From an uncultured Clostridia bacterium (lineage in GTDB: Bacteria > Bacillota > Clostridia > TANB77 > CAG-508): DNA of 64,000 nt. Positions within the stretch are counted from its first letter, which is position 1; each line of letters begins with the position of its first letter. The stretch covers positions 72,078-136,077 of the forward strand of contig CANRCF010000001.1 in assembly GCA_947629045.1 (NCBI GenBank). Direction: 5' to 3'. Below are positions 39,364-49,417 of this stretch, piece after piece. The notes beneath the pieces were generated by a model. That model made no database searches. It was not told where the DNA came from and was given only the letters and a program-made list of their open reading frames with translations. A program made the translations under genes and the position numbers.

Positions 39364-40629
39364 TTAGTGCCCTCCGGCTACATAACCAGTGGAATATGCA
39401 ATTTGAAGATTAAATCCACCTGTATATGCATCTACATCTATAATTTCTCCTGCAAAATATAAACCTTTTACTAACTTTGATTCCATTGTTTTTGGGTTAA
39501 TTTCTTTTATAGAAATTCCACCTGAGGTTATTATTGCTTCTTCTATTGGTCTAAAGCCTTCTATTGTAATTTCAAAATTTTTAAGTAGTTTTAATAGTTT
39601 TTCTCTTTCTTGCTTTGTTATAGAATTTACTTTTTTATTTTCCGATATTCCTGATAATTTTATTATTGGTGCTATCATTTTTTTTGGCAATAATTCATCT
39701 AGGCTATTTTTAAATTCTTTATTTTTTTCTTTTTCAAAATCTCTTAAAATTCTTTCTTCTAGCTTTTCTTCTGATAATGCTGGTTTTAAGTCAATTGTAA
39801 GAAGTACATTTCCATTTTTTAATAGTTCTTCTACATTTTTATACCTAAGTAAATGTGCTGAACTGCTTAATATTGTAGGACCTGATACGCCCCAATGTGT
39901 GAATAGCATTTCCCCAAAGTCTTCATATATAGTTTTGTTCTTTTGCTTATTAAGTAGTTTAATTGATACATTTTTTAAACTTAAACCTTGAAGACTTTTA
40001 CATATTTCAAGTGAATTTTTGCCTGAAACTAATGGTACTAATGACGGCTTTATTTCAGTAATTGTATGACCTAGTTTTTTTGCAAGTATATAACCATCTC
40101 CTGTTGAACCTGTTACCGAATAGCTTTTACCACCTGTTGCTAGAATTACTTTATCTGCTCTTAATAATAAATTTTGTTCACTGCCGAAATCGCACTCTAC
40201 TCCTACAACTTTTCCTTCTTCAACTACTATATTTTTTACATTTGCATCAGTTAAAACTTCTACTTTAGATTTTTTTAAGAGTTTTAAAAATACTTCTAAA
40301 ACATCTCTTGCATTATCTGTTACAGGGAAAATTCTGTGACCTCTTTCCTCTTTAACCTCTAAGCCTTCACTCTTTAATAAATTAATTATGTCTTCATTTG
40401 TAAACTGAGAAAAGCTACTATATAAAAACATACCATTTCCGGGTACATTTTGAATAAACTCATCTATTGGAATTGAGCTTGTTATATTACATCTTCCTTT
40501 TCCTGTGATTAATAACTTTTTTCCAAGAGAGTTCATTTTTTCTAATAATATTACTTTATCTCCTAGCTTGCTTGCGTGTAGTGCCGCCGTCATTCCAGCA
40601 GGGCCACCACCTATTACAACTACCTTCAT
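39364..40629 (-). CDS. NAD(P)/FAD-dependent oxidoreductase (HI0933/BaiN-like)
   Basis: MKVVVIGGGPAGMTAA...GKGRCNITS... Confidence 0.85.
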   Translation of the reverse strand: MKVVVIGGGPAGMTAALHASKLGDKVILLEKMNSLGKKLLITGKGRCNITSSIPIDEFIQNVPGNGMFLYSSFSQFTNEDIINLLKSEGLEVKEERGHRIFPVTDNARDVLEVFLKLLKKSKVEVLTDANVKNIVVEEGKVVGVECDFGSEQNLLLRADKVILATGGKSYSVTGSTGDGYILAKKLGHTITEIKPSLVPLVSGKNSLEICKSLQGLSLKNVSIKLLNKQKNKTIYEDFGEMLFTHWGVSGPTILSSSAHLLRYKNVEELLKNGNVLLTIDLKPALSEEKLEERILRDFEKEKNKEFKNSLDELLPKKMIAPIIKLSGISENKKVNSITKQEREKLLKLLKNFEITIEGFRPIEEAIITSGGISIKEINPKTMESKLVKGLYFAGEIIDVDAYTGGFNLQIAYSTGYVAGGH

Positions 40630-40830
40630 TTTTAAAATATTAGGTGTTAGTTCTATTTAGCTAACACCTTTTCCTTTCTTTTTTTAATTTATTTCTTTTA
40701 TTAAACTATAAAATAACTGGTAGAGCGAGTTTAATTATATTTTATAGTCTTTCTTTTATTTAAATTTAAAATAAATGGTAAAGCACTTTAAACTTTGCTA
40801 TGTTTCATCATTATTGAAAATTTTTTAATG

Positions 40831-42078
40831 CTATTTAACAATTAATTCTACTGCTTTTAGTACACCTAATTTTCCATATTCATAAGTTAAACCGCCTTGT
40901 AAAAATGCAACATAAGGCTCTCTTACTGGTGCATCACATGAAAGTTCAATAGACGAACCTTGTGTAAATGTTCCTGCTGCCATTATTACTTGGTCTGTAT
41001 AGCCTGGCATATCTGATGGCTCTGGCACTGAGTTACTATCAATTGGAGAACCCATTTGAATTCCTTGGCAAAATTTAATTAGCTTTTCTCTATCATGGAA
41101 TATAATAGTTTGAACTATGTCGCTTCTTTTTGCATCATATTTTGGTTTTGCTTCATAACCTAAATTTTCTAATAACTTACTTGCAAATACAGCTGTTTTT
41201 AAGCTACTTGCAACAACACTTGGTGCAAAAAATAGTCCTTGTAAAAATTGTTTATTTATTCCTAGTGTAGGTCCTTCTTCTTTTCCTATTCCTGGTGAAG
41301 TTAATCTTTCTGCTGCTAGCTTTACTAATTCCTTTTTGCCTGCAATGTATGCACCATTTGGTGCAATTCCTCCACCTAAATTTTTAATTAGAGAACCTAC
41401 TATTACATCTGCACCAATATTTGTTGGCTCTATTCTATCTACCATTTCGCCATAGCAATTATCTACCATTATAATTACTTCATCATTTACTTCTCTAATT
41501 GTTTTTATTACTTTTTCCATCTTTTCTAAGCTAATGCTATCTCTTAAACTATATCCTCTTGAACGTTGTATCTCAATTAACTTAACGTTTTTCTTTGCTA
41601 CTCTTTCTTTTATTTTTTCATAGTCAAAATCTTCATCTATCAAATCAATTTGCTCATATTTTACTTGATGAGCTTTTAATGAACTTGGATTATCTACAAT
41701 TCCTATTACTTCGTCTAGTGTATCATATGGCTTTCCACATATACTAAGTAAAGTATCTCCTGGTCTTAGAAAAGCAAATAGTGCTACTGTTAAAGCATGT
41801 GTTCCAGAAATAAATTGACTTCTTACTAAGCTATCTTCTGTATGCAAAATTTCTGAATATACCTCTTCTATAACATCTCTTCCTATGTCACTATAACCAT
41901 AGCCTGTTGTGGTATTAAAATGAATATCTGAAACATGATATTTTTGAAAAGCATTTAATACTTTTAAACTATTATACTCACATATTTCATCTATTTTTTT
42001 AAATTCTTCTTGTACTTCTTTTTCTGCTGTTTCAGCCATTTTTATTACTTCATCACTTATTCCAAATTGCTTGTACAT
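40831..42078 (-). CDS. Methionine gamma-lyase-family PLP protein (aluminium resistance protein, YnbB-like)
   Basis: ...NSLKVLNAFQKYHVSDIHFNTTTGYGYSDIGRDVIEEVY... is typical of the family. Confidence 0.8.
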   Translation of the reverse strand: MYKQFGISDEVIKMAETAEKEVQEEFKKIDEICEYNSLKVLNAFQKYHVSDIHFNTTTGYGYSDIGRDVIEEVYSEILHTEDSLVRSQFISGTHALTVALFAFLRPGDTLLSICGKPYDTLDEVIGIVDNPSSLKAHQVKYEQIDLIDEDFDYEKIKERVAKKNVKLIEIQRSRGYSLRDSISLEKMEKVIKTIREVNDEVIIMVDNCYGEMVDRIEPTNIGADVIVGSLIKNLGGGIAPNGAYIAGKKELVKLAAERLTSPGIGKEEGPTLGINKQFLQGLFFAPSVVASSLKTAVFASKLLENLGYEAKPKYDAKRSDIVQTIIFHDREKLIKFCQGIQMGSPIDSNSVPEPSDMPGYTDQVIMAAGTFTQGSSIELSCDAPVREPYVAFLQGGLTYEYGKLGVLKAVELIVK

Positions 42079-42112
42079 TGTTTTTTTCCTCTCTTCTATT
42101 ACATATTATTAA

Positions 42113-42261
42113 AATATAGTAGTTTTAAGCAACACCGCGCAGCGTTCAAACGGAACGAAGTGAAGTGCGCTTGGAGCAGTCTACTTATATTGTGTAATAA
42201 ATCGTTAAATTTATTACACAATAAGACTGCGACAGCAAGGTGTAAGTAAAGCTACTATATT
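42113..42261 (-). repeat. Structured repeat, copy 1 (110-nt conserved core 42133..42242 inside a copy-specific outer stem)
   Basis: The core CACCGCGCAGCGTTCAAACGGAACGAAGTGAAGTGCGCTTGGAGCAGTCT...AGACTGCGACAGCAAGGTG recurs at 45506..45617. Outer stem is ATATAGTAG / CTACTATAT. Minus orientation is suggested by changes that remain G-U pairs only in the minus-strand transcript. Confidence 0.75.
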
Positions 42262-42273
42262 TTATATAACAAG

Positions 42274-44031
42274 TTATAATGACAAATTATCGCTATATCT
42301 TGTTTCACCAGCCCAAGTGTTTATGCGGTAATATTTTCCTAAAAAGCTTGGTTGTAGCCAGTCTAATTCATATATTGGATTTTCTACAATATTTCCAAGT
42401 TTGTCTATTATTCCCCATTTGCCATCTTTTTTTATTCCTGCATATCCATATTCATTTAAATCAGTTACCATATCATACTCAGCTGATATAACTTCATTTC
42501 CAGCTCTATCTACAAATCCCCATTTATCACCTATTTTTTGTGCTAACAACATATTAGATGGGAAAATGTTTCTCGCTTCTAATTCATTTCCTTGAATATC
42601 ATAATATTTTAACTCATCATTTGATGATAGCATAATATATTCTTGTGAATTTGTTTTTGACTCTTTATACTGAGCAATCATTGCACCATCCATACTTGCT
42701 ACTTTTTGCATTTGTAAGTTATATAAATCAATAGTCTTTGTTTCTGAAATTTCTGCTTGAATTAAATTTGTATCATTAAATTTAAAAATACTTGTATATT
42801 TAAGTTCTACTGCGAAATTTCCATAACTATCTATAATTCCGTTTTTTCCGTCTCGTGCAACTATAAAATAATTTCCTGGCAAGTCTTCCATATATGTGTA
42901 ATTATCGTCTAATATTGTCCTTCCATTTGCATCTACAAGTTTATATATATCATTTTTGTCAGTCGCAATATAATAATTTGGATTATCTGTCTCAGTCATA
43001 CTTATATTTTCCGTTTGTATTCTAACACCTTTTGCATCAAATATAAACGTTTCATCGTCTCTTATTGCATTTAAGTAGATACCACCAAATAAAATTTTAT
43101 CATATTCTGGTCTTATTATAGTCTCACCTGTCCTAGTTACAATTCCTTTTTTTCCATTTCTTTGAGCAATAAATATGTCATGTTGTGCATTATATTCAAA
43201 ATCCTCATATTCATAATTTAAAATAACTTCATTATTTTTTAAAAGACCTGCTTGTCCATTTTTGAAAGCTATAAAGTATATATCATTTTCACTAGGTATT
43301 TGTGTTACTCTTTCAAGCTCTGTGTATTCTGTATCAAGTATTATATCTCCTCTATAATTTATATAGCCATATCTATAGCCTTCTTCTGTTTTTTTACTTA
43401 CAATAAAGCCTGTTGTTTTATTATAAGTAGTTTCATTATAATAATTATCAGAAGTGATAGTTTCATATTCACTATTAATAATAACTTTTCCCTTCATGTT
43501 TACAACGCCATATTTTTCATCCTGCTTTACTAAAAAACTTCCTTCTTTATAGTTTATACTACTAATTTCATCATATATTGGTTTTGTAATTTTTTTACCA
43601 TCTAAACTAATAATTCCATACTTTCCATCTTCTTTATATGTAAGTACACTCTTTTCGTAAGGATTTGTTTCAATATTTGTTTGAACTGGAATTGCTTGTA
43701 CATTTTTATAGTTTTCTAAAATTATCTCTTTTTTTTCATTATATACTACTGTTTCATAATCTTTAGAATCTTGATTATAAGAATTTACACAAATAAATAC
43801 TGGTTTCGATGGGTTAGGAATTTGTACAGCTATATAGTTTGGCTCTATTATTACATTAGCATCTTTATCAATTACGCCATACTTTTCGCCTTCTATAAGT
43901 ACAAAATAATTATATTCTTTTATTTGTTCAACTGTATATTGTAATTGAGATTCATTGATTATAATTATAGTTAAAATTACTGCTACTACTAATATAATAG
44001 CTAATACAATCCATTTTATTTTTCCCTTCAT
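42274..44031 (-). CDS. WG-repeat (KWG) protein with N-terminal membrane anchor
   Basis: 585 aa with many (D/E)GK(Y/W)G(I/V)(I/V)(D/N)xxG units. Confidence 0.8.
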   Translation of the reverse strand: MKGKIKWIVLAIILVVAVILTIIIINESQLQYTVEQIKEYNYFVLIEGEKYGVIDKDANVIIEPNYIAVQIPNPSKPVFICVNSYNQDSKDYETVVYNEKKEIILENYKNVQAIPVQTNIETNPYEKSVLTYKEDGKYGIISLDGKKITKPIYDEISSINYKEGSFLVKQDEKYGVVNMKGKVIINSEYETITSDNYYNETTYNKTTGFIVSKKTEEGYRYGYINYRGDIILDTEYTELERVTQIPSENDIYFIAFKNGQAGLLKNNEVILNYEYEDFEYNAQHDIFIAQRNGKKGIVTRTGETIIRPEYDKILFGGIYLNAIRDDETFIFDAKGVRIQTENISMTETDNPNYYIATDKNDIYKLVDANGRTILDDNYTYMEDLPGNYFIVARDGKNGIIDSYGNFAVELKYTSIFKFNDTNLIQAEISETKTIDLYNLQMQKVASMDGAMIAQYKESKTNSQEYIMLSSNDELKYYDIQGNELEARNIFPSNMLLAQKIGDKWGFVDRAGNEVISAEYDMVTDLNEYGYAGIKKDGKWGIIDKLGNIVENPIYELDWLQPSFLGKYYRINTWAGETRYSDNLSL

Positions 44032-44050
44032 ACCTTTACCTCTTTCTTAT

Positions 44051-45367
44051 TTATTCTTCTTCATCTTGTATTTCTTCCTTCTTCTTTTTGCACACTTTAA
44101 CCCACTTAATTCTTTTATCTTCATATTCTTCAATTTGGTAAATTAAATTTTCATCCTCTATAACTGGGTATTCTGCTTCTTCTGGAAGTCTTCCTAACTT
44201 TTCAATTATATAACCTGATAGAGTTTCATAGTCTCCTTCTGGAAGTTCTACATCTAATATTTTTTTAAGTTCATACAAACTCATACTTCCTTCTAACAAA
44301 TAGGTGTCATCATCTAATTTTTGATATTCAACTTCTACGTCATCATATTCATCAAAAATGTTTCCAACTAATTCTTCTAAGATATCTTCCATTGTTAGAA
44401 TTCCTGCTGTTCCGCCGTATTCATCTACAACTATTGCCATTTGCATTTTATTTTTTTGTAACTCTTTAAATATTTCATCTATCGGCTTTGATTCTGGAAC
44501 AAAATATGCCTCTTTAATCATATCTTTTATTTTTATATTTTCTTTTCTACTTACTGCAACTAAAATATCTTTTACAAATAAAATACCTTTAATATTATCT
44601 ATTGTTTCTTCATATACTGGTATTCTACTATATTTGTAGTTATCTATCTCCTCTAATAATTCATATAAGTCTTGATTTATTTCAATTGCATACATTTCTG
44701 TACGGTGAGTCATAATTTCAGATGCTACTATGTCATTTAAGGCAAATACATTATTTATAAGCTCTTTTTCAGTTTCTTCAATTGAGCCATTTTCTTCACC
44801 TTGGTCCACCATCATTTTTATTTCTTCTTCTGTTACAACTTCTTCATCTTGCTCACTAACGCCAAAAATTTTTGAGACAATATTCGTTGAGAAAGTTAGA
44901 AGCTTTACAAATGGTGCTGTTAGAATAGATATTCCTCTTATAACCCCTACTGTACCAAATGAAATTTTTTCATAATATTTCATTGCTAGTCTTTTTGGAA
45001 CTAACTCTCCAAATACTAATGTGAAGAAGGATAGAATTAGAGTAATTATTACTATTGAAATATCCTGCCAAACTGAAACACTTAAAAATGGCATCCATGT
45101 AGCTAAAATTGGAGCTAACTTATCTGCAAAAACATCTGATGCAAAAGCACTTGATAAAAATCCTGCTAGAGTAATTCCTATTTGAATTGTTGATAAAAAT
45201 TTGCTTGGATTTCTTAACATTTTTTGAATTAATTTTGCTTTCTTATTTCCTTCCTTTACTTGCTTTTCTATTTTCGCATCATTTAAAGAAATAAAAGCAA
45301 TTTCTGTTGCAGCAAAATAGGCATTCAGTAGAATTAAAATTGCTAAAAATATTAGCTGTATAATCAT
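44051..45367 (-). CDS. Hemolysin/CNNM-family protein (DUF21 membrane domain + CBS pair + CorC_HlyC)
   Basis: 438 aa. N-terminal four-helix DUF21, then ...MTHRTEMYAI...IPVYEETIDNIKGILFVKD...VVDEYGGTAGILTMEDILEELVG. Confidence 0.85.
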   Translation of the reverse strand: MIIQLIFLAILILLNAYFAATEIAFISLNDAKIEKQVKEGNKKAKLIQKMLRNPSKFLSTIQIGITLAGFLSSAFASDVFADKLAPILATWMPFLSVSVWQDISIVIITLILSFFTLVFGELVPKRLAMKYYEKISFGTVGVIRGISILTAPFVKLLTFSTNIVSKIFGVSEQDEEVVTEEEIKMMVDQGEENGSIEETEKELINNVFALNDIVASEIMTHRTEMYAIEINQDLYELLEEIDNYKYSRIPVYEETIDNIKGILFVKDILVAVSRKENIKIKDMIKEAYFVPESKPIDEIFKELQKNKMQMAIVVDEYGGTAGILTMEDILEELVGNIFDEYDDVEVEYQKLDDDTYLLEGSMSLYELKKILDVELPEGDYETLSGYIIEKLGRLPEEAEYPVIEDENLIYQIEEYEDKRIKWVKVCKKKKEEIQDEEE

Positions 45368-45479
45368 GTTTTTTTCACTTTCTCCTTATATTTTTCTTGA
45401 CATATTTTTCTAGTATTTATTATATATTCTATCGGTTCCTATGTCAATAAATAGAGTTATTTTTTTATCTATATAATTT

Positions 45480-45642
45480 AAAGTTGAAGTATTACGTTTT
45501 GCATGCACCGCGCAGCGTCCAAACGGAACGAAGTGAAGTGCGCTTGGAGCAGTCTACTTATACTGTTTAATAAATTGTTAAATTTATTAAACAATATAAG
45601 ACTGCGACAGCAAGGTGCAAAAAAACATAATACTTCAACTTT
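45480..45642 (-). repeat. Structured repeat, copy 2 (core 45506..45617 inside a different outer stem)
   Basis: Same core as copy 1, with 5 substitutions and one 2-nt indel. Outer stem AAAGTTGAAGTATTA / TAATACTTCAACTTT (15 bp) is unrelated in sequence to the outer stem of copy 1. Confidence 0.75.
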
Positions 45643-45692
45643 TATTATAACTATAAAAAAATTTATATTATAGAATAGTTAAATAATTTGAT

Positions 45693-48389
45693 TTAGAAGC
45701 CTGTTCTTGGAAGTTTCTTTTTAACTTCTACACTTTTATTTTCAATAGTAATTCCTACTGTTTTTAAGTTTTGATTTATTTCAATTTCATATTTATTTGT
45801 ATTTAACACATAATATTTAGAACCAGTGTCTTTTTCTTTTATATAATATTTTCCATATTCTAATAATTTACTTGTAGCCTTGCCATCTTCTTTTGTAGTA
45901 ATTGTATCTACTAGTTCATCTTTTTCATTATATATTTCAAATATTGCGCCTTTAAGTGCTGTGCCCTTTTTTTCATTAGTTATGCTATTATCATCAGCGC
46001 TTACTTTTGTAATTTCAATGTAACCTTTAATTTTTTCGTTTGCAAAGTTTAGGGTTGTAATTTGGTTTTCTTCTAATACTACTGTTTTTTCTTCATCACT
46101 TAGTACATAATTTTCTAAGGTTTTTGTTTCTTTTATAGTATATTTTTGGTCAATTGGTAATTTTTTTGTTACAGCTTCTCCATTTTGATCTGTTACTAAT
46201 GATTCTACAAGGTTACCTGCTTCGTCATATACTTCAAATTCAACGCCTTCTAGTTTTATTTCGTTATTATCTTTATCAACTTTTATTACTTTTATTTGAC
46301 CTTTTTTCTTTTCATTTTTAAATACTAAATTTGTTATTTCGCCTTGCTTTAATACTACTGTTTGTGCATTTTGGTCTAATACATACCACTTTCCAGTTTT
46401 AGTTTCCTTTACTTTGTATTCTTGTCCTAATGGTAGTTTTTTGCTTATAGCTTCTCCGTTTTTATCAGTTATTAAAGTATCAACTACTTCTCCATTTTGA
46501 TCATATATTTTAAATTCAACATCTGGCAATTTTACTTCGTTATTGTCTGCATCTATTTTTATTACTTTAATTTGGCCTTTTTTAACTTCGTTTTCAAAAA
46601 CTACACTACTTATTTGATTTTCTTTTAAAGTAACAGTTTTAGGAGCTTCGTCTAATACATAGTTTTCTAACGTTTTTGTTTCTTGAAGGGTTAATTTTGA
46701 AAAATCTCTTACTGCATATTTTTTTGTTAATGCTTCACCATTTTTATCTGTTTTTATTGTTTCTAGAATGTTTCCTTTTTCATCAATTACATTAAATTCT
46801 ACATCTTTTAATTTTATTTCTTTATTTTCTTTATCAACTTTTATTACTTTAATTTGTCCTTTTTTAAGCTCGTTTTCTATTTTTGTTTCTACAGTTTCGT
46901 TTTCTTTTACTGTTACTAAAGTTTTTGTGTCATTTAATTTGTACCATTTATTTGTGCTTTTTTCTAGCCAGCTATAATTGCCTACTCTTAAGTTTTCTAC
47001 TAAAATTTCTCCGTCTGCGTTTGTGTAATATGTTCCTATTACCTTACCTTTTTCTTCTGAATATAAGTCAAATTCTACATTTCCAAGTGTTATTTGGTTA
47101 TTATCTTTGTCAACTTTAATAAGCTTTAAATTGCCGGTTTTTCTAGTATTTTCAAAAGTTACTCTTGCTACACCATTATACTCTAATTCTACTTTTTTTA
47201 CTTCATCTGATAAAATATAATTTTCATTTGCTTCTATTTCTTTTACATCATATATTCCAGGGTATAGATTTTCTATTGTAGCTTTTCCACTTTCATCTGT
47301 TTTTACTGTTGTAACTACACTTCCGTCTTTGCTAATTTCTAAAGTAGTATTTGAAACTGGCTCTTTTGTGTCTTTATCTATCTTCATTATTTCCATTTTT
47401 GAATTATTGGTTTTAAGTTCAAATGTAGTAGATGTGCTTAGTTCTTCATAAGGATTTGCAACTACTACATAATCTTGGTAATCTGGATTTTCTGCCTTAG
47501 CAAAAAAGGCTGGATAAGTTTTTATTTGTGCTTTATTTATTTTAACATTTATTCTTACATCTTGCATTATACTGCTTTTAGGGATTTTTACTGATATTGT
47601 TGTGCCATTTTTTGTGTAAGTAGCAGCTTTAAAGCCTTCAATTAAAACTTCGTAATTTCCAATTTCTTTATTTGAATTTAATTTAAAATCCTGTACTAAA
47701 TTATTTCCATTACTATATATTGAACCGCTTTTTTCTAATGATATTGTTGCTGTTTCATAATTATCTTTACTGGTTGTAGCATAATTATATAGTTTTTCTG
47801 CTGCATCTAAAATTTTCTTTCCTCTTCTTTGAACATCCTCTAATGTAAGGCCTAATTTTTTATCAGAATTTGCGATATGTGTAGGTACTTCATATTTTGT
47901 CTTTGGTGATACTGCTTGTTTTTCATTTAAACAATGAATAACTAATTTAGTTACAAAATACCAATCATCATCACTTTCTACAACTGGTCCTGATTTCATC
48001 TCTTTATTGTCAGTATCAGATGTAGTTGTTTCATTCCACTTTTTGCCAAAATAGCCATGATACAAAGCTCTCCATACCCTTGCATCATCTATCTCTTTTG
48101 TTATTTCTGTTAAATAGTTATCTCCTCCACCTGTTCCAACGCCTGGGTCTAATGGTTCTAAGCAAAATGCTTCTAATCTTTCTCCATTTTTATCTTGATA
48201 ATATACTCTATATACTAATTTCAATGAACTGTCTGACTTGTACTGAACAAAGCCTGGAAGTTCTCTTTCTGCATATAATCTTGTTTTATCTCCTAATTTT
48301 ACTGTGTATGCTGTTACTATTGGACTTAAAGTATTTATAAGCATTATTAGCGCTAGTAACATATAAATACCTTTTTTAATTGTTTTCAT
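45693..48389 (-). CDS. Surface adhesin: signal peptide, thioester-type N-terminal domain, seven or more Cna-B/SpaA-type repeats, LPRTG motif (sorting signal truncated)
   Basis: 898 aa. EAFCLEP and VWRALYHGYFG thioester-domain motifs. Repeated KKGQIKVIKVDKDNNE...GVEFE(V/I)YD units. The ORF ends ...KKKLPRTGF then stop, with no hydrophobic or charged tail. Confidence 0.85.
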   Translation of the reverse strand: MKTIKKGIYMLLALIMLINTLSPIVTAYTVKLGDKTRLYAERELPGFVQYKSDSSLKLVYRVYYQDKNGERLEAFCLEPLDPGVGTGGGDNYLTEITKEIDDARVWRALYHGYFGKKWNETTTSDTDNKEMKSGPVVESDDDWYFVTKLVIHCLNEKQAVSPKTKYEVPTHIANSDKKLGLTLEDVQRRGKKILDAAEKLYNYATTSKDNYETATISLEKSGSIYSNGNNLVQDFKLNSNKEIGNYEVLIEGFKAATYTKNGTTISVKIPKSSIMQDVRINVKINKAQIKTYPAFFAKAENPDYQDYVVVANPYEELSTSTTFELKTNNSKMEIMKIDKDTKEPVSNTTLEISKDGSVVTTVKTDESGKATIENLYPGIYDVKEIEANENYILSDEVKKVELEYNGVARVTFENTRKTGNLKLIKVDKDNNQITLGNVEFDLYSEEKGKVIGTYYTNADGEILVENLRVGNYSWLEKSTNKWYKLNDTKTLVTVKENETVETKIENELKKGQIKVIKVDKENKEIKLKDVEFNVIDEKGNILETIKTDKNGEALTKKYAVRDFSKLTLQETKTLENYVLDEAPKTVTLKENQISSVVFENEVKKGQIKVIKIDADNNEVKLPDVEFKIYDQNGEVVDTLITDKNGEAISKKLPLGQEYKVKETKTGKWYVLDQNAQTVVLKQGEITNLVFKNEKKKGQIKVIKVDKDNNEIKLEGVEFEVYDEAGNLVESLVTDQNGEAVTKKLPIDQKYTIKETKTLENYVLSDEEKTVVLEENQITTLNFANEKIKGYIEITKVSADDNSITNEKKGTALKGAIFEIYNEKDELVDTITTKEDGKATSKLLEYGKYYIKEKDTGSKYYVLNTNKYEIEINQNLKTVGITIENKSVEVKKKLPRTGF

Positions 48390-48422
48390 ATTTACTTTTT
48401 ATTCCTTCTTTCTTTTTTATTA

Positions 48423-49124
48423 TTACATTATATTTTGTTCATAACTTGCAACCTCTACTGCCTGCACGCATCTTCGGTATTCTTTTCTATTTTCTTCACA
48501 GGTAATTAATGTAATACGATTGTCCCTTGTTTGTTCTAAATAGCTCCAATCTGTTTCTAATATTACTTTATTCGTTTGTACTTTATATACTCTCTTTCCG
48601 TACTCAGAAGTATAAATAATTTCATCTCCTATTTTTAAATTTTTTATATACTGAAAGAAATTACATTGATTTCCTCTGTTGTGCGCTGCTAAACCTACAT
48701 TTCCATTCCAAGTACTTGTTTCTTCAAAATGGCCTACTGAATGTAGCATTACATCTAAGTTTGCACCTTCTTGAATGTGAACATCTAGATTTATTTTTGG
48801 AATTTGAATACGCCATTTTACATTTTTATATTCTTTTATCCATTGTCTTTGAGTTTTTTCATTTGTATTTTCTTCTTGACCTAACTCTTCTAAGTTTATT
48901 AGTTCATTTGCACCTTCGTTTTCTTTATTACTTGCATTACTAGCTTCTATTTCTCCTTGTGATGCAATTACATTACTTAATGAAATTTGTTTTTTAAATA
49001 TTTGATTGTTAAAAATTGGAATTTGTAATACACTTATAAAGTATATTGCAGAAAGAATTAAAAATATTAGAATAGTAATTACAAAAGAAATAAAGTTTAC
49101 ATTTCTTTTGGTATATGTAATCGT
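48423..49124 (-). CDS. Sortase (TLITC active site) with no canonical start codon; possible pseudogene
   Basis: The frame is open from 49130 and encodes a membrane anchor (...NFISFVITILIFLILSAIYFISVL...), then ...IPKINLDVHIQEG...VGHFEETS...LAAHN...RITLITC. The only in-frame ATG, GTG or TTG is at 48749, inside the catalytic domain. ACG at 49124..49122 sits 6 nt after AGGTGA. Confidence 0.6.
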   Translation of the reverse strand, partial: TITYTKRNVNFISFVITILIFLILSAIYFISVLQIPIFNNQIFKKQISLSNVIASQGEIEASNASNKENEGANELINLEELGQEENTNEKTQRQWIKEYKNVKWRIQIPKINLDVHIQEGANLDVMLHSVGHFEETSTWNGNVGLAAHNRGNQCNFFQYIKNLKIGDEIIYTSEYGKRVYKVQTNKVILETDWSYLEQTRDNRITLITCEENRKEYRRCVQAVEVASYEQNIM

Positions 49125-49417
49125 TAAACTTCACCTACCTTTATGGAATTTTAATGCTTTAATTTTTTGGAAAAATTTTTAGAATAAATTTTTCTAATAG
49201 ATTTTTAATTTTTCAAAAAAGATTTTGAAATGATTTCTTGATTTAAAAATTGCAATTTTAAAACTACTTATATATTACTACATTTTTAAGCTTTTGTAAA
49301 GAAGTTTTTATCGACAAGAATTTACATATTTTGACATATATAAAATAAAATGTGAAACATTTTAATATATTTTTATTAATTTTGTTTCACATTTTATTTT
49401 TAATATATAATTATATT

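Noticed and set aside
42113-45642. Integron cassettes (attC sites) or a composite transposon bounded by the two structured repeats.
   Set aside because: No integrase or transposase is in the window, no RYYYAAC/GTTRRRY core sites lie at the repeat ends, and no target-site duplications were seen.
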